Assembly (NCBI GenBank): GCA_001938485.1
Contig: MQRK01217052.1
Coordinates: 1 to 64,000 of the forward strand
Direction: 5' to 3'
DNA: 64,000 bases
From: Girardia tigrina
Taxonomy: Eukaryota
The notes beneath the pieces were generated by a model. The model did not search any database, was not told the origin of the DNA, and worked only from the letters and a program-made list of their open reading frames with translations. The position numbers and the translations under genes were made by a program. This document shows, piece by piece, positions 25,895-37,163 of this stretch. The number at the start of each line of letters is the position of its first letter. The first letter of the stretch is position 1.

Positions 25895-26770
25895 TGAGAG
25901 AAATAATTGGTATTAAGAACATTTAAACAAGTCTCGTTTGAATGTTTATTACAATTACATTTAGAGTCATTAAGACTCTCAGAAGGTCTTTCATCGTTCG
26001 CCATAGTTTTAATTGGTTTTCTTATTTCTTTTTTTAATCATGATTATTCGAACAATTTTTCTAAGTTATTTTTAAAATATTTAGCCTCTAAAAATATTAA
26101 TTAAAAAAATAATAATTTTTACCATTTTTCGATAAATCTTAAAATAATAAAAATATCATCAAATTATTAAAAATGCATTTAATTTAAATTTTACTAAAAA
26201 ATATTAAACTTAATTTAAATTGTGTTCGAATAGTCAATCACTTTAAATTTAATAAAAAATACCAATTTCCATCTGGGTGGAGAATCACCATTCTAAATTC
26301 AACATACTTAAATCAACATACATTTACACATTCAAACAAATTAAAATATTCCTCATATTTGTAATGTTTGATGGTTTATGTTGATTTCAAATTGTGTCCC
26401 TCCTACCCAGATGGCTGATTAATAATTTAATTTATATTATCTGGAAAAAATGTAATGTTTTAATTTATTTCTAATTTTAAATAATTGTGAAATTTTAAAT
26501 AAATTGGTTAATTTCATTTACAACTTTTAAAATAATAAATTGAATTAATATTTTTAAATAATAAATATTGATTGTAATTTTACCAATCAAATTTGGAATT
26601 AGTATTTCAATAATTTATTTTATTTCTCAATTTACTCAGATAATAAGATTAAAGTCCATAATTAATTTATTAAACGGATGCAATCGTATGAAAGCTTTGA
26701 AGAAAGATTATCATGAGGACAATCAATTTTGTAATATTAATAAAAATGATAACAGTCAGTGTTCTTAACA
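25895..26770 (+). mobile_element. Solo LTR (TGTGAGGAAT family) interrupted by an inverted sister LTR
   Basis: Starts TGAGAGAAATA at 25895, resumes at 26358 with CTCCTACCCAGATGG box, ends GTTCTTAACA at 26770. Confidence 0.75.
25911..26357 (-). mobile_element. Solo LTR (TGTGAGGAAT family)
   Basis: Minus strand TATGAGGAATATTT...CCACCCAGATGG...GTTCTTAATA. Confidence 0.8.
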
Positions 26771-27116
26771 AAGATTAAAAAAATCTTAAACTAAACTTTT
26801 CATTTTAATTTTATATTCTTATAAAATTTGCGTTTCTATTATAATGTTCTAAATGATGAAATTCTCATTTGTTTGTTCAGCTTAAAGTATTTTCAACCCT
26901 AAAATTTACTAAACTTTTAATTTATGAAACATTTTTTTTACTCCTAAATTTCTTCCGCTATATTGTTATGTAGGAAATATTTTTAAATATTTTGAAAATT
27001 CTCTTGATTGAATAACTACTCTGTGACTACCTTAGTAAAGTTTTCACAAGAAGATTCTCAGATACAAGAAAATAAATATTTATCTCATCAACATTAGTCA
27101 TATATATAGTTATACA

Positions 27117-27328
27117 TAACGTGTCTCTCCAAATATAAGATATCCCCCTTATAAGACAAAATATAAAAAAATTTTGTATGTAAAAAAAATTTAAAGACTT
27201 TTTTTGGGAATATTAATATAAGACATCCCTTAACATAAGGTCGAAAATATGCTAGTATAAGACGTATTGGTAATTTTTCCATTACAATTAATATAAGACT
27301 ATGTCTTATATGTCGAGAAACTCGGTAT
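27117..27328. mobile_element. Pogo-type MITE
   Basis: Imperfect TIRs TAACGTGTCTCTCCAAATATAAGA / TCTTATATGTCGAGAAACTCGGTA; internal TATAAGAC repeats. Confidence 0.6.
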
Positions 27329-28509
27329 AAAATTATTTGTCTAAATAAACGAATAAAATATTATTCCCCAAGTCAAACCACAGTATTCAAGCTTTTCTTT
27401 TCAAGTTTATCAAAAAAAATTACAAATTTTTTTTAAAAAATCAGAACGTGTTTTCCTTAACTTTTTTACGTGGATAAATTTTATGTTTATTCGAAAGAAT
27501 AAAACTTGTGATTATTTTAAAATTTTTTCATAAAAAAAGAAAAAAATTAACACAAAATAATTCCAAAAATAATAATAAACTTCCAGTTGAAACGTAAAAC
27601 TCAAAGTTGTTTTTGTTGTCAAGTAAATATTTTGATGGAAATAATTGAGAGAAATGAGAAAAAAATATTTTTAAAACTAAAAATACTTAACTGACATTAA
27701 TTAAATGTGGAAAAAACCTTTTTTTTCTCCTAAAGTTTGTTTTCTATGAAAGTAGCAAAACAAAAAAGATAATCATATAATATTTCAAATAAAAAAGAAA
27801 CGGAAACAAAGTTCTCGTGTATGAAAGACTATTTTTTCGAAAAAAAATCATTTTCCATTTTTTTGAAAATAAAGTAAATATTAAATATTTAAAAAATGGA
27901 TTGGAAATTCTCTCTGTGCAATTAGAAAAAATATTTTAAAGGAAACTGGAAAACTTTTTGAAACAATAATCCAATTAAAAGTATATTATGTTTTATATAA
28001 TAATAATTAAATTTATTTGTTTCATTTAAATTCAATTTGAAAAAAAAATTATTTTGCTTTTTTTATTTTTTCATCGTTTTTTTCTTAATATTTACATTTT
28101 CGTCTACTGAAAATATTTTATTTTCGTATATAATAAAATATTTTAAAAAATTTCTTTCAAAAAATCAATAATAAAAATCAATAAAGTCACGACAATTTTG
28201 CTAAATTTATTTGTATTTTTAATTTTTTTAGTCAGCAAATAAATTTGATTAAATATAATTTGATTAAATATAATTTATTTTGTATTTCGTCATATTTGGT
28301 TTTTAACGACGTTAAATAAAACTAAGCGTTCAGTTTAGTTTAAAAACTTAAATTAATTGACTAAGAATATTTAACTGATAAAATAGATATTTTAAATAAA
28401 TTATGTGAAAAAAAAACTTCTCTGAAAACCGAACTTAATGCAATTATTTTAAACGAATAAACGCCATTTAAAAATATATTTTATGATAATTTATTTCGAC
28501 GTAAATGTA

Positions 28510-28820
28510 ATATGAGCATAAATGATTTTAAGATTTTGTGCAGCCATTTTAAAAATTATTGGTAGAGAGTGTCGTGTGAAGGATTGTTGATAAGATCATG
28601 TGATCCTAAAATCAATGTTCAAACAGCACTCTCAACTAATTTGTTAAGATTTTCTGATTAGACTTACGTAAGTGATTGCACAATCATTCATTTATTATAT
28701 AGAAGCAATAAAAAAGAACATAATCAGTGATCTGATGATGACGGTTAAACCGTCGAAATATATTATCATAAAATATATTTTTAAATGGAGTTTATTTGTT
28801 TATAATAAAAATTGCCATCT
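28510..28820 (+). mobile_element. Penelope-like element 3' end / pseudo-LTR
   Basis: FKILCSHFKNYW*RVSCEGLLIRSCDPKINVQ...* is a GIY-YIG C-terminal tail homologous to 56200-56330 and 46660-46780; a hammerhead follows. Confidence 0.8.
28727..28769 (+). ncRNA. Minimal type I hammerhead ribozyme (intact core)
   Basis: GTGAT-CTGATGA-T-GACGG-TTAAA-CCGTC-GAAA-TATA-TT-ATCAT: stem I, CUGANGA, perfect 5-bp stem II, GAAA, palindromic minimal stem III, NUH site. Confidence 0.88.
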
Positions 28821-28829
28821 TTTTACAAG

Positions 28830-29560
28830 TTAATTATTTTAAAATTATTTAGTTCAAAGGGCACTTTTTTGATTGGATGTCTCATTTTGCACATTTGAGC
28901 TTTATAAAATATATCTTCCACAATTAATGTCAAATACTACTATTGGTTTTACAAATAACTTGAGTAGATATTTTAATTTGCCTTTATTTGCAGTTTTGTT
29001 GATAAAAATCTTTTCTAAATTTAGTTATTTCGGGATTCTACCCGTTTGATTTGGATAAAAAATGTTATTCGATTGTCAGTAATCGGTATTATATTCTTTT
29101 TCTAAAAAAATCTCACGTGTTTTATTATTTTCTGTTTTATGTCTTCTTATTTCATTTCGTAATTTTGTTTTTTACATCAAAAATATTGAATTTTGTTTGT
29201 GAAAAAACCTCTCAATAACCAGAACAAAAAAATATGAGTGCATTTCATGAGCACATAAAATATAATTATGTTACTCTTTTTAAGAGATATAAAAGAAATA
29301 AAAATAAAAAAACACACCGTTTGTATAACATTTTTTTCATTTTTGTGACTATTAATTTCGACGGTATAACGGCTATCGTCAGGTCTCAAGAAAAAGTGAA
29401 TTTAAAATCTGCTCATATAGGCAAGCAGTGATTGCATAATCAATGTGTTGTTGAATCATCTAAACACGCTCAATAGGGTTTTCGAGAGACTCGTTTGCAT
29501 ACTAATCTTAGAATTCTCAGGTTTCGTCTCCTGACTTAAAATTATTTGTTTAAATTTTGA
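28830..29560 (-). mobile_element. Penelope-like remnant (pseudo-LTR plus downstream sequence)
   Basis: ORF tail ...KISMQTSLSKTLLSVFR* resembles the other PLE C-termini; 29340-29485 is an inverted homologue of 32113-32250. Confidence 0.65.
29345..29387 (-). ncRNA. Hammerhead ribozyme with damaged stem II
   Basis: GAGAC-CTGACGA-T-AGCCG-TTATA-CCGTC-GAAA-TTAA-TA-GTCAC; both core boxes intact. Confidence 0.7.
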
Positions 29561-29899
29561 AAACCCTTTTGAGTTAGGAGCGGCGATGTATCGTTTAATG
29601 ATGCATCGACAGACTGCATCGTTAACAATGCATCGAAAATCCTTCATCGTTAAATGATGCATCAAAAGCCTGCATCGTTAAACAATGCATCAGAAAAATA
29701 ACATTTAAATATAAAGCAGCTAAATTAAAATCTAAATTTTTATTTTGTGATTGATATTTGCTATTGTGCTACATTAATGGTAAAGAAAATTTACAAAAAA
29801 GAAAACAAGAAAATTTCAAATTTATTTTTGGAAAATTGAATCAAACTATAAAAGGCACATTATTCCTTTTCTTCATCTGTCTTAAGTTCTCTTTTATAT

Positions 29900-30370
29900 T
29901 ATTAAGAACACCAATTTGACTTTTTATATTTTTATTTAAACAACAACTTTGATTGTCCTTAAGACAATCTTTGTCAAAACTTTCGTACATTTGCATTCTA
30001 AGCGCAATTGATTAATGAATTAATTCTCATTATTTTTTTAGCAAATGGGGAAATAAATATTTTATTAAAATATTTATTCAAAAGTTATTGGATAATAATT
30101 AAAATGATTATTAATTATTTAAAAATATTAATTTGATTTATTTATTAAATAATATAAAAATTAATTAACTTATTTAAAATTTTAAAATTATTTTAATTTC
30201 AAATAATTTTAAAATTTTAAAATGATTTGAAATTAAAAATAAATTTAAACATTACATATTTTTAGATAATAAAAATTAAAATATTAATCATCCATCTGGG
30301 TAGGAGAGACATTTCCAAATCAACATACACATTCAAACGCAAAACATCAAACATTTAAATATTTCTCCCA
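29900..30370 (-). mobile_element. Solo LTR inserted in the hAT ORF
   Basis: TGGGAGAAATATTT...GTTCTTAATA with 5-bp TSD TATAT (29895-29899 / 30371-30375). Removing it restores the hAT frame KLVYI|KENLRQ. Confidence 0.9.
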
Positions 30371-31586
30371 TATATAAACCAGTTTTTAAACTTTGGATGC
30401 TGACAAATTTGTTCTTCTCTCACCACATATATTTCCAGCTGTGGAAAACACTCGTTCAGAGCTGGAGGAAGCTGTTGGAATCGCCAATAGTCTCTTTGCA
30501 AAGCGAACAAGTTTCGGATAATTAAGTGCTTGATTTTTCCAGTAACGAAGTATGTCACCATTATCGGCAATCGCTGTTGTTGTTAAATAGTTTTCTAATT
30601 CCGCCTTGATTTCCGCCATCAAGGAAGTCACTACTTCCAGGTTATCTACCACTTTTCCAAAAGTTTCAACCTTCAAACTGATGGAAGACCTTCTTATGTA
30701 TGCAGTTGTTGTGCTTTTTAGTGGCTGTGTGTGTTAGTGGCTTGTTGTATGTCATCAAGAGAGGATTGTGATGTGTGGGGTGAGGGGGTGTTCTTAAGTT
30801 CGGCCTTGCACATGTTGAGCACAGCTTCTTACAGGGATACTTTTGACATGTGGTACCTTTGCCCAATGTCATGTAATGTTGGTCCTTTGTAACGTGGATC
30901 CAACATGTTTGCATATGCGTATTCTAAAACTTGAGCTCCATTTTCAAGAAATCTGTCATTCATTTCTAACAAGTAATGATCAACGACTTCTTTCATCATG
31001 GGATTGGGTGAATTATGTGATATTGACTGCAATTCGTCTTCCAGATCAAAGAGCTTCAGAATGATATGGACTATAGAGACCTTGTTCTCTGCACTTGCAT
31101 GGTGGGAGAGTTCTTCAAATATTTCAACAGTTGTTCAATTGTTCAATCTCCTCTTCATCTGGTAGTTTGTTGACTAGATTTTGCGAAACATCTTTTCTGC
31201 AACAATATTGATGGCAGGCGGTAGCTCATTGATAGAATGTAATTGATAAAGGTCACTGTTCAATCTGGTTGATCAACTTTGAACTATTTTGGTAATTGTG
31301 ATATCTGGATTTTTTGATTCTTCGGCAATAAGTGAATCCTCAAACTCCTGAGAATGATTGAAGAAGCTAACCAGCCCTGTCATCTTATCACTTAAATCTC
31401 TAATTTTAAATTTTTGGCATCTGGAAGAAAAACAATTTAATTTAACTAGAAATAAAACTTCATTAAATATTATTTAAACAAATAATATTATGACTTGGAA
31501 ATTGTTTTATAATATAATTTTTTTAAGATCAAAATAAATTTTTTTCTAGTAAATTTCATCACTGAATATTGTAAAAACTAATATAT

Positions 31587-31840
31587 AAACTAGTAAATTA
31601 GTATGTAATGTTTATGTAAGTATTAAACAAATCTGAAATAATAATAATTTGTTAATATTAAAATAAAATTTCATTGCTTTAAATATAAAAAAAATAAATA
31701 TAAATATTTATCATAAATTAAATTTATTATGAGAAATTATAAACAAACTAGTAAATTAGTCTGTAATGTTTATAAAAGTATTAAACAAATCTGAAATAAT
31801 ATTAATGTATTAATTTTAAAATAAAATATCATTGCTTTAG
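31587..31840. repeat. Direct duplication of ~95 bp inside the hAT
   Basis: AAACTAGTAAATTAGT...CATTGCTTTA at 31587 and 31745. Confidence 0.85.
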
Positions 31841-32202
31841 GAACAAATGAAAATATAACTTTCCTTAAAAAAGGAATAAATGAAAACTACTGAAAATAGA
31901 ATTGTACTCTAAAGTTCCTCGAAAATATTTGTTTAAAAAACTAAAATTGTAGTAATTATATTGTTGAGTTATTGTTTATGTGAACAAAAGTGTGATTTCA
32001 TTATATGTTAGATAACAAAGATATGCAGTCTTTCGATGCATCGTTTAACGATGAAGGTTTTTCGATGCATCGACCATATTTAACGAAGTACGATACGATG
32101 TGTCGCTCCCTACTTTTGAAGGCTTTTAGATGACATAACAAAACATTGATGATATAATCTCTCCTTGCCTATATAAGTCAATTTAAAATACATTTTTTTC
32201 TT

Positions 32203-32245
32203 GGGACTAGACGATGACGGTTATACTGTTGAACTAAATTGTCCT
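32203..32245 (+). ncRNA. Decayed hammerhead ribozyme in a Penelope pseudo-LTR
   Basis: GGGAC-TAGACGA-T-GACGG-TTATA-CTGTT-GAAC-TAAA-TT-GTCCT; both core boxes mutated. Confidence 0.55.
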
Positions 32246-32795
32246 TAAAATAATTCTGTTTTACAAGTGGCGTGTTTTGACATATAAGCATAATTTTCCA
32301 TTATTCTTTAATTTTATAAATAGAAAAATAGTGTTCCATTATCGAAATTCTCTCAAAAAATACATGAAATGAGTACATACATAATAATTGATAAATTATT
32401 TAGTCTGATTCTTTGTCATTGACTTCAACCATTGAAAAGCTTGCCTCAAAATTAGATCTCTTCTTCATATGATCTTCTGTTATATCAAGTTTGAGTTCAG
32501 TTATTACTTATGTTAATTACATCGAAAAGTGCTTTGAAAGAAGCTGAATTTAATTAGGACCCTTTCTTTTGACGGTATGAACAATTAATAATTTGTTCTC
32601 AAGTGTCATTCTTCTAATCTTTCTGTTATAATATATTTGGTTTTTTGTTAAGTTCTTATTGTGATCTAATTTCTTCTTCTAAAATTTTCATATTTAGTTA
32701 TTTACAAATCTGTGACCATACATTTATTACAAAAATTTAATACAATAGATGGAATCATTAACTCAAAGGAATGGAATTTGAATTTTATAAAATTT

Positions 32796-33154
32796 ACCGT
32801 AATTTTACGCATATAAGTCGCTCATTTTTCCAGTTTTTCTATGCCCTGAAAAAAGCCTGCGACTTATACACATGTAATATCTTGAACATATACTAAATAA
32901 ATAAATAAAAATTAGAAATACTTTACAAGTAAAATGACTCAATTTAGCATATTAATAATTCGTATAAATTTATATACAATTGTATTTTAGAAGATAAATT
33001 TAATAAATATTATGAATAAATAATTTTATTGAAATTAATTTAATTTTATGATATGTTTTTTTGAGCAATAACCTTTTTTAAAAAAAATAGATGCTAAAAA
33101 AAATAGATTTTAAAAAAAAATTTTAACTGTGACGTAATTGCGTAAAAAACGGTA
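32796..33154. mobile_element. Pogo-type MITE
   Basis: TACCGTAATTTTACGCATATAAGTC ... TGCGTAAAAAACGGTA inverted ends; TGCGACTTATAC subterminal motif. Confidence 0.7.
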
Positions 33155-34049
33155 AATTTGATTATTAAATTCAAAGTTTTGTAATCAATTTTTATTAATA
33201 CTTTCGGAAATGAATGTAATTTCAATTTATAAAACTGAAAAATTATAAATAAATATTTTTGTGTATTTTACAACTACATTTTTGTTTAATTCAAAAGATC
33301 TTTATTTTATATTTTTACAAAGTTTTTGTTTGCAGTTTTGTGAATAAAATGAAATTTTAAAACTTTTTTTAACATAAATGTTTTTAGCTAAAATCAATTC
33401 TTTTATTTTCTATAAATAAAATATACAATGTTTTAAAAATTTTAATAAATAATTTTATTTAACGCTTAAACATTTTTTTTAAATTCAGAAAATATAATTT
33501 ATTCGGTGAAAATTTAAAAAGAGAAATTGTTTCAATCAAATGATTGAAGTCAGTTTTCAATTAAAATATTAATTGAATATTTATTAACAGAAAATAAATT
33601 GGAAAAAATGTTAACTATTTAAAAAATATAAATAATTATGATCAAAATATTTTTTATTTTACAAACGAAATGTGTATATTTTTATTATTATAATAAATAT
33701 TGATCTTGGTTTAAAAATTTTGTACGATTTATGATAGATTTTTTATATAGAGTGATCTAAAAGACCCTAAATATTTTAAATGTATATTTTACCTTTATTA
33801 ATTACTTTTGGGAACAAATAATTTGTCTCAAATTGAATGGCATAATTCCAAATGAAATGATTAACAAATTGAAGAAGGATTAATTATTGAATAGCATAAA
33901 TCCAAAAGAATGGGTTAACCAATTTATTTAATAACAAATCCAAACCTTTTATTGACTTATAATTGTTTAATCAATTTAATTATTGTCATTTATACATTGC
34001 CATATTATAACAAATCACAATAAACCAAACTTAATTTTACGCAAGAACA

Positions 34050-34560
34050 CTTATTTTATAATTCTCTAGTGTACCTTTAAATATCTAAAAGCATCTTCAA
34101 GCTTTGTTGCTATTTTTTGAGAATAAGTTTCTTCAATAAGAATTTAAATATTTTGTTGTCTTTTTTCTACAAAAACATGATATTTTAAGCATCCTTAGAT
34201 AAAAAGTCTACATGTGACATCTAGTATTATAGCTGAAAAAAGGGATCACTCTTTCATATCTATTATTTTGGAAAGCTAATGTCTAAGAAATGCTGCATTT
34301 CCTTGGCATAATGTACTGAAGCTTTATAAGAATTTTTATAGTTAGCAGCATTAATTGTGTTGTCATCAAAAAAGAATGGTCCATACAATTTACTACTTGA
34401 AATTACTATTCAAACGTTCATCTTTAAATTTGTAAGACCTTGTGTCACATTTTTATATGTGTATGAGATAGATCCAACATGTACGAAAATTTATATATCC
34501 CGGTAATGGAATAGCTATCTTATCAGGGAACGTAATTTTGATCAAGATTTGTATCCTTAT
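34050..34560 (-). pseudogene. Decayed Tc1/mariner-superfamily (maT/rosa-like) transposase
   Basis: Minus-strand relics LYGPFFFDDNTINAANY, HYA...FLDISFP and DFL-like motifs, with many stops. Confidence 0.6.
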
Positions 34561-34581
34561 TAATAAGAGAACTCACACATT

Positions 34582-35017
34582 TGTTAGAATATTTATTACA
34601 TTCACTTTTTGAATCATCTCTATGACAAAACGTAACAATGCCTTCGTTTAAATTCATGAATCAATATTCAATACTTCTCATCCAACATCTGAACTAACTT
34701 GACCAGATATATTTTATTTAAAATATTTACTTTAAATGTTAGTGGTTAAAATAAAATTACTTTTTATTATCATTTAAAAATATTAATTCGATTTATTATT
34801 TACAAAAGTAAAATTAATAAAATCATTTAAAATTTATAATCATAATCAAATTAAAAATTTGAAAATTAAATCTAAATTTAAATAAATTAGTTTCTTATTA
34901 TAAGAATCAAAATATTAATCATCCATCTGATTAGGAGAGGCACAATCCCAAATCAACACACAACATTGAAACATTCAAATAACACACAAAACATCAAAAT
35001 TCCAAATATTCCTCACA
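34582..35017 (-). mobile_element. Solo LTR (TGTGAGGAAT family)
   Basis: TGTGAGGAATATTTGG start, CTCCTAATCAGATGG box, ends ~TTCTAACA. Confidence 0.75.
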
Positions 35018-35103
35018 TAAATAAAATGTATTAAGCACCGTTTCAGATGAAACCACTCTTTTTGCTAAATTGTTTCTTCATATTTCCTACAAGATTTTGT
35101 ATT

Positions 35104-35632
35104 TGTAAGGAAATTTTATTTTATTTGACAATCTTCTAATGCTGATCTGAACAATATCATCACTCGGTAATACCTTTTCAATTTCTACGTTGCTTTCTTA
35201 CTTTTTACTCAATCGTTCATATTAACAACATCACAATTTGAATGTAAACATTTATTTCAAACACAAACAGATTCTTCACAAAAAAATTGAGTGTATTCAA
35301 ATGTAAAAATCAATTAATGAAGAAATTATATAATAACTTTTAATTTCTCAAAATTTTATTGGATAAAAAGGCATTAAGTAATTTTTAAAATAAACATTAA
35401 TTTTTAAAATATATTAAATTTAATAAGATACAATCGTTTACTAAAAATATTATTAAAATTTATAATTATAAAACTTTAATTAATTAGTATTTAAAAATTA
35501 ATATCATTAAATTAATTTCATTAGATTCAAATAATCAATCAAATAACATATCAATCCCATCTGAGTAGGAGAGTCACAAATCTAAACAGCATACAAACAA
35601 CAAACTTACAACATTCCGAATTTTCCTTCACA
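35104..35632 (-). mobile_element. Solo LTR (TGTGAAGGAAA subfamily)
   Basis: Terminal inverted TGTGAAGGAAA / TTTCCTTACA; first 80 bp near-identical to 9490-9571. Confidence 0.7.
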
Positions 35633-37110
35633 GTTCCTATTTTAATTAATCATTTATAGTTATTATTTCTTTAAATTTTTGAAAGGTATTTAGCAAAGTA
35701 TTATTGATGATTTGTTTCCAATCATTGTTTTCAGTAAATCTCATTTTACTAATCCGGAGAATTCTTTTTTCCTATACATAATAATTCCTTCAACACATTT
35801 TGCTGTTGGATACATTTTTAAAATAGTACAAACAAAAAAACAGTAAATAAACAAAAAAATTAACACTTAAAAAATGATATATTAACTATTAATGTGTGTA
35901 TTTTGTGTATTTTTGATAATAAAAGATGCAAAATACATTTAAAATACTTAAGGGACTTTTGGATCGTCTGATATAATTTCATGAGTTTGTAGAAAAATAA
36001 TCTTTGAAGAATAATCATAGAAAGACCTATAATAACAAAATAGAAAGAACACCATAGACAATTGAAGAAGAACTGCGGATTAACGTTTAGACTTGATAAT
36101 ATTATATAAATAAATAATTAAATAAATAACATTTTGTAATTTACGAAAATTTTATTTTTGTTTTTTTTAAACTTATTTTCTATTTTTCTTTATTATTTTA
36201 CAAAATTAAGTTTTACATTTCAATGTAAATAATTTCAAAAGAAAATCTGCATTTATTATTATAAAAGAATTTTTCTACTCCTTCTTCAATAATTTTTTTT
36301 TAATTTTATATTTGTTAATTTAATGCATAATTATGTAAATAAATAATAACACAAATATCTGAATATATTTGAAGTTTTTTTAGCAATTAGAAGGAAAAGA
36401 GAAGGAAGGACTTCTAATCAGGACTGGAAAGGGGATAAAGGTTATTCATGCAGAAATTATATAAATTAATCTAACCGTAATTGGATGGTTTGTACAAAAT
36501 ACCTCCAAGATTGAGGTTGATTCTTACTTATGGAATTAAGTTAATAATTAGATTTTTAACTTGGGAGAATATTCAATTGATAATTTGCTCGAAATTATAA
36601 TTATGAATCCTGTTGCCTTGAATTTGTCAAATATTTTCTTGACGTTTTTCGTCTAAGAAATATCAAAATGTCCAATTATTATGACAAAATATTCTTTTTT
36701 TGTGATTTCTGTTTCACTTCTCTAAAGCTTCAGTTTTAGTTTTTTTTATTTCTTTTACAACTTTTATCAATATATTTATCAAACATTTTTTTATGTTACA
36801 AAATTAATAATATAATGTATCATAAATTTCTATAGAAACATAGAAAGTTCAAGGAGATAATAACTGTGATTCTAATTATTATTTACTGTAATACCTCTCA
36901 ACTCATCACATGTTATTTGTTTCAAATTTTCTGTGATCGATACTGTTATCCATTTAATATCAAATAACAAATTCCGATTATATGATTTATTTACTATAAC
37001 ACAATATCAATAATCTCGACTATTTAATGGAGAAAATAGTGATGTTATAATGACTCAAATTTTCAAAGCCTTTTCATTGGTTTACACTCTCAAACAAACA
37101 TATACTATCA

Positions 37111-37163
37111 ACATACATTCAGCATACATTCAGCGTACATTCAGCATACATTCAACATACATT
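37111..37163. repeat. 11-bp minisatellite (CATACATTCAG) x~5, possibly within an LTR-like TGTTAC...GTAACA segment at 36794-37273
   Basis: Tandem units visible directly; no TSD found for the surrounding segment. Confidence 0.8.

Larger units (their letters stand above)
29574..32112 (-). mobile_element. hAT transposon with decayed transposase
   Basis: Ends TTAGGAGCG / CGCTCCCTA; 8-bp TSD CTTTTGAG/CTTTTGAA; GATGCATCG subterminal repeats at both ends. Motifs LDPRYK and LRYWKNQALNYPKL..FAKRLLAIPTASSSSERVFSTAG. Confidence 0.92.

Noticed and set aside
29585-29695. Short regularly spaced repeats (GATGCATCG; also ACCCGA at 23712 and GTGTGTCGCG at 57290) as a CRISPR-like array
   Set aside because: They are subterminal transposase-binding repeats of hAT elements, with no unique spacers and no cas genes.
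35040-35290. Apparent piggyBac Cys-rich C-terminus on the minus strand
   Set aside because: The sequence overlaps the 3' end of the solo LTR 35104-35632; the Cys pattern is coincidental.
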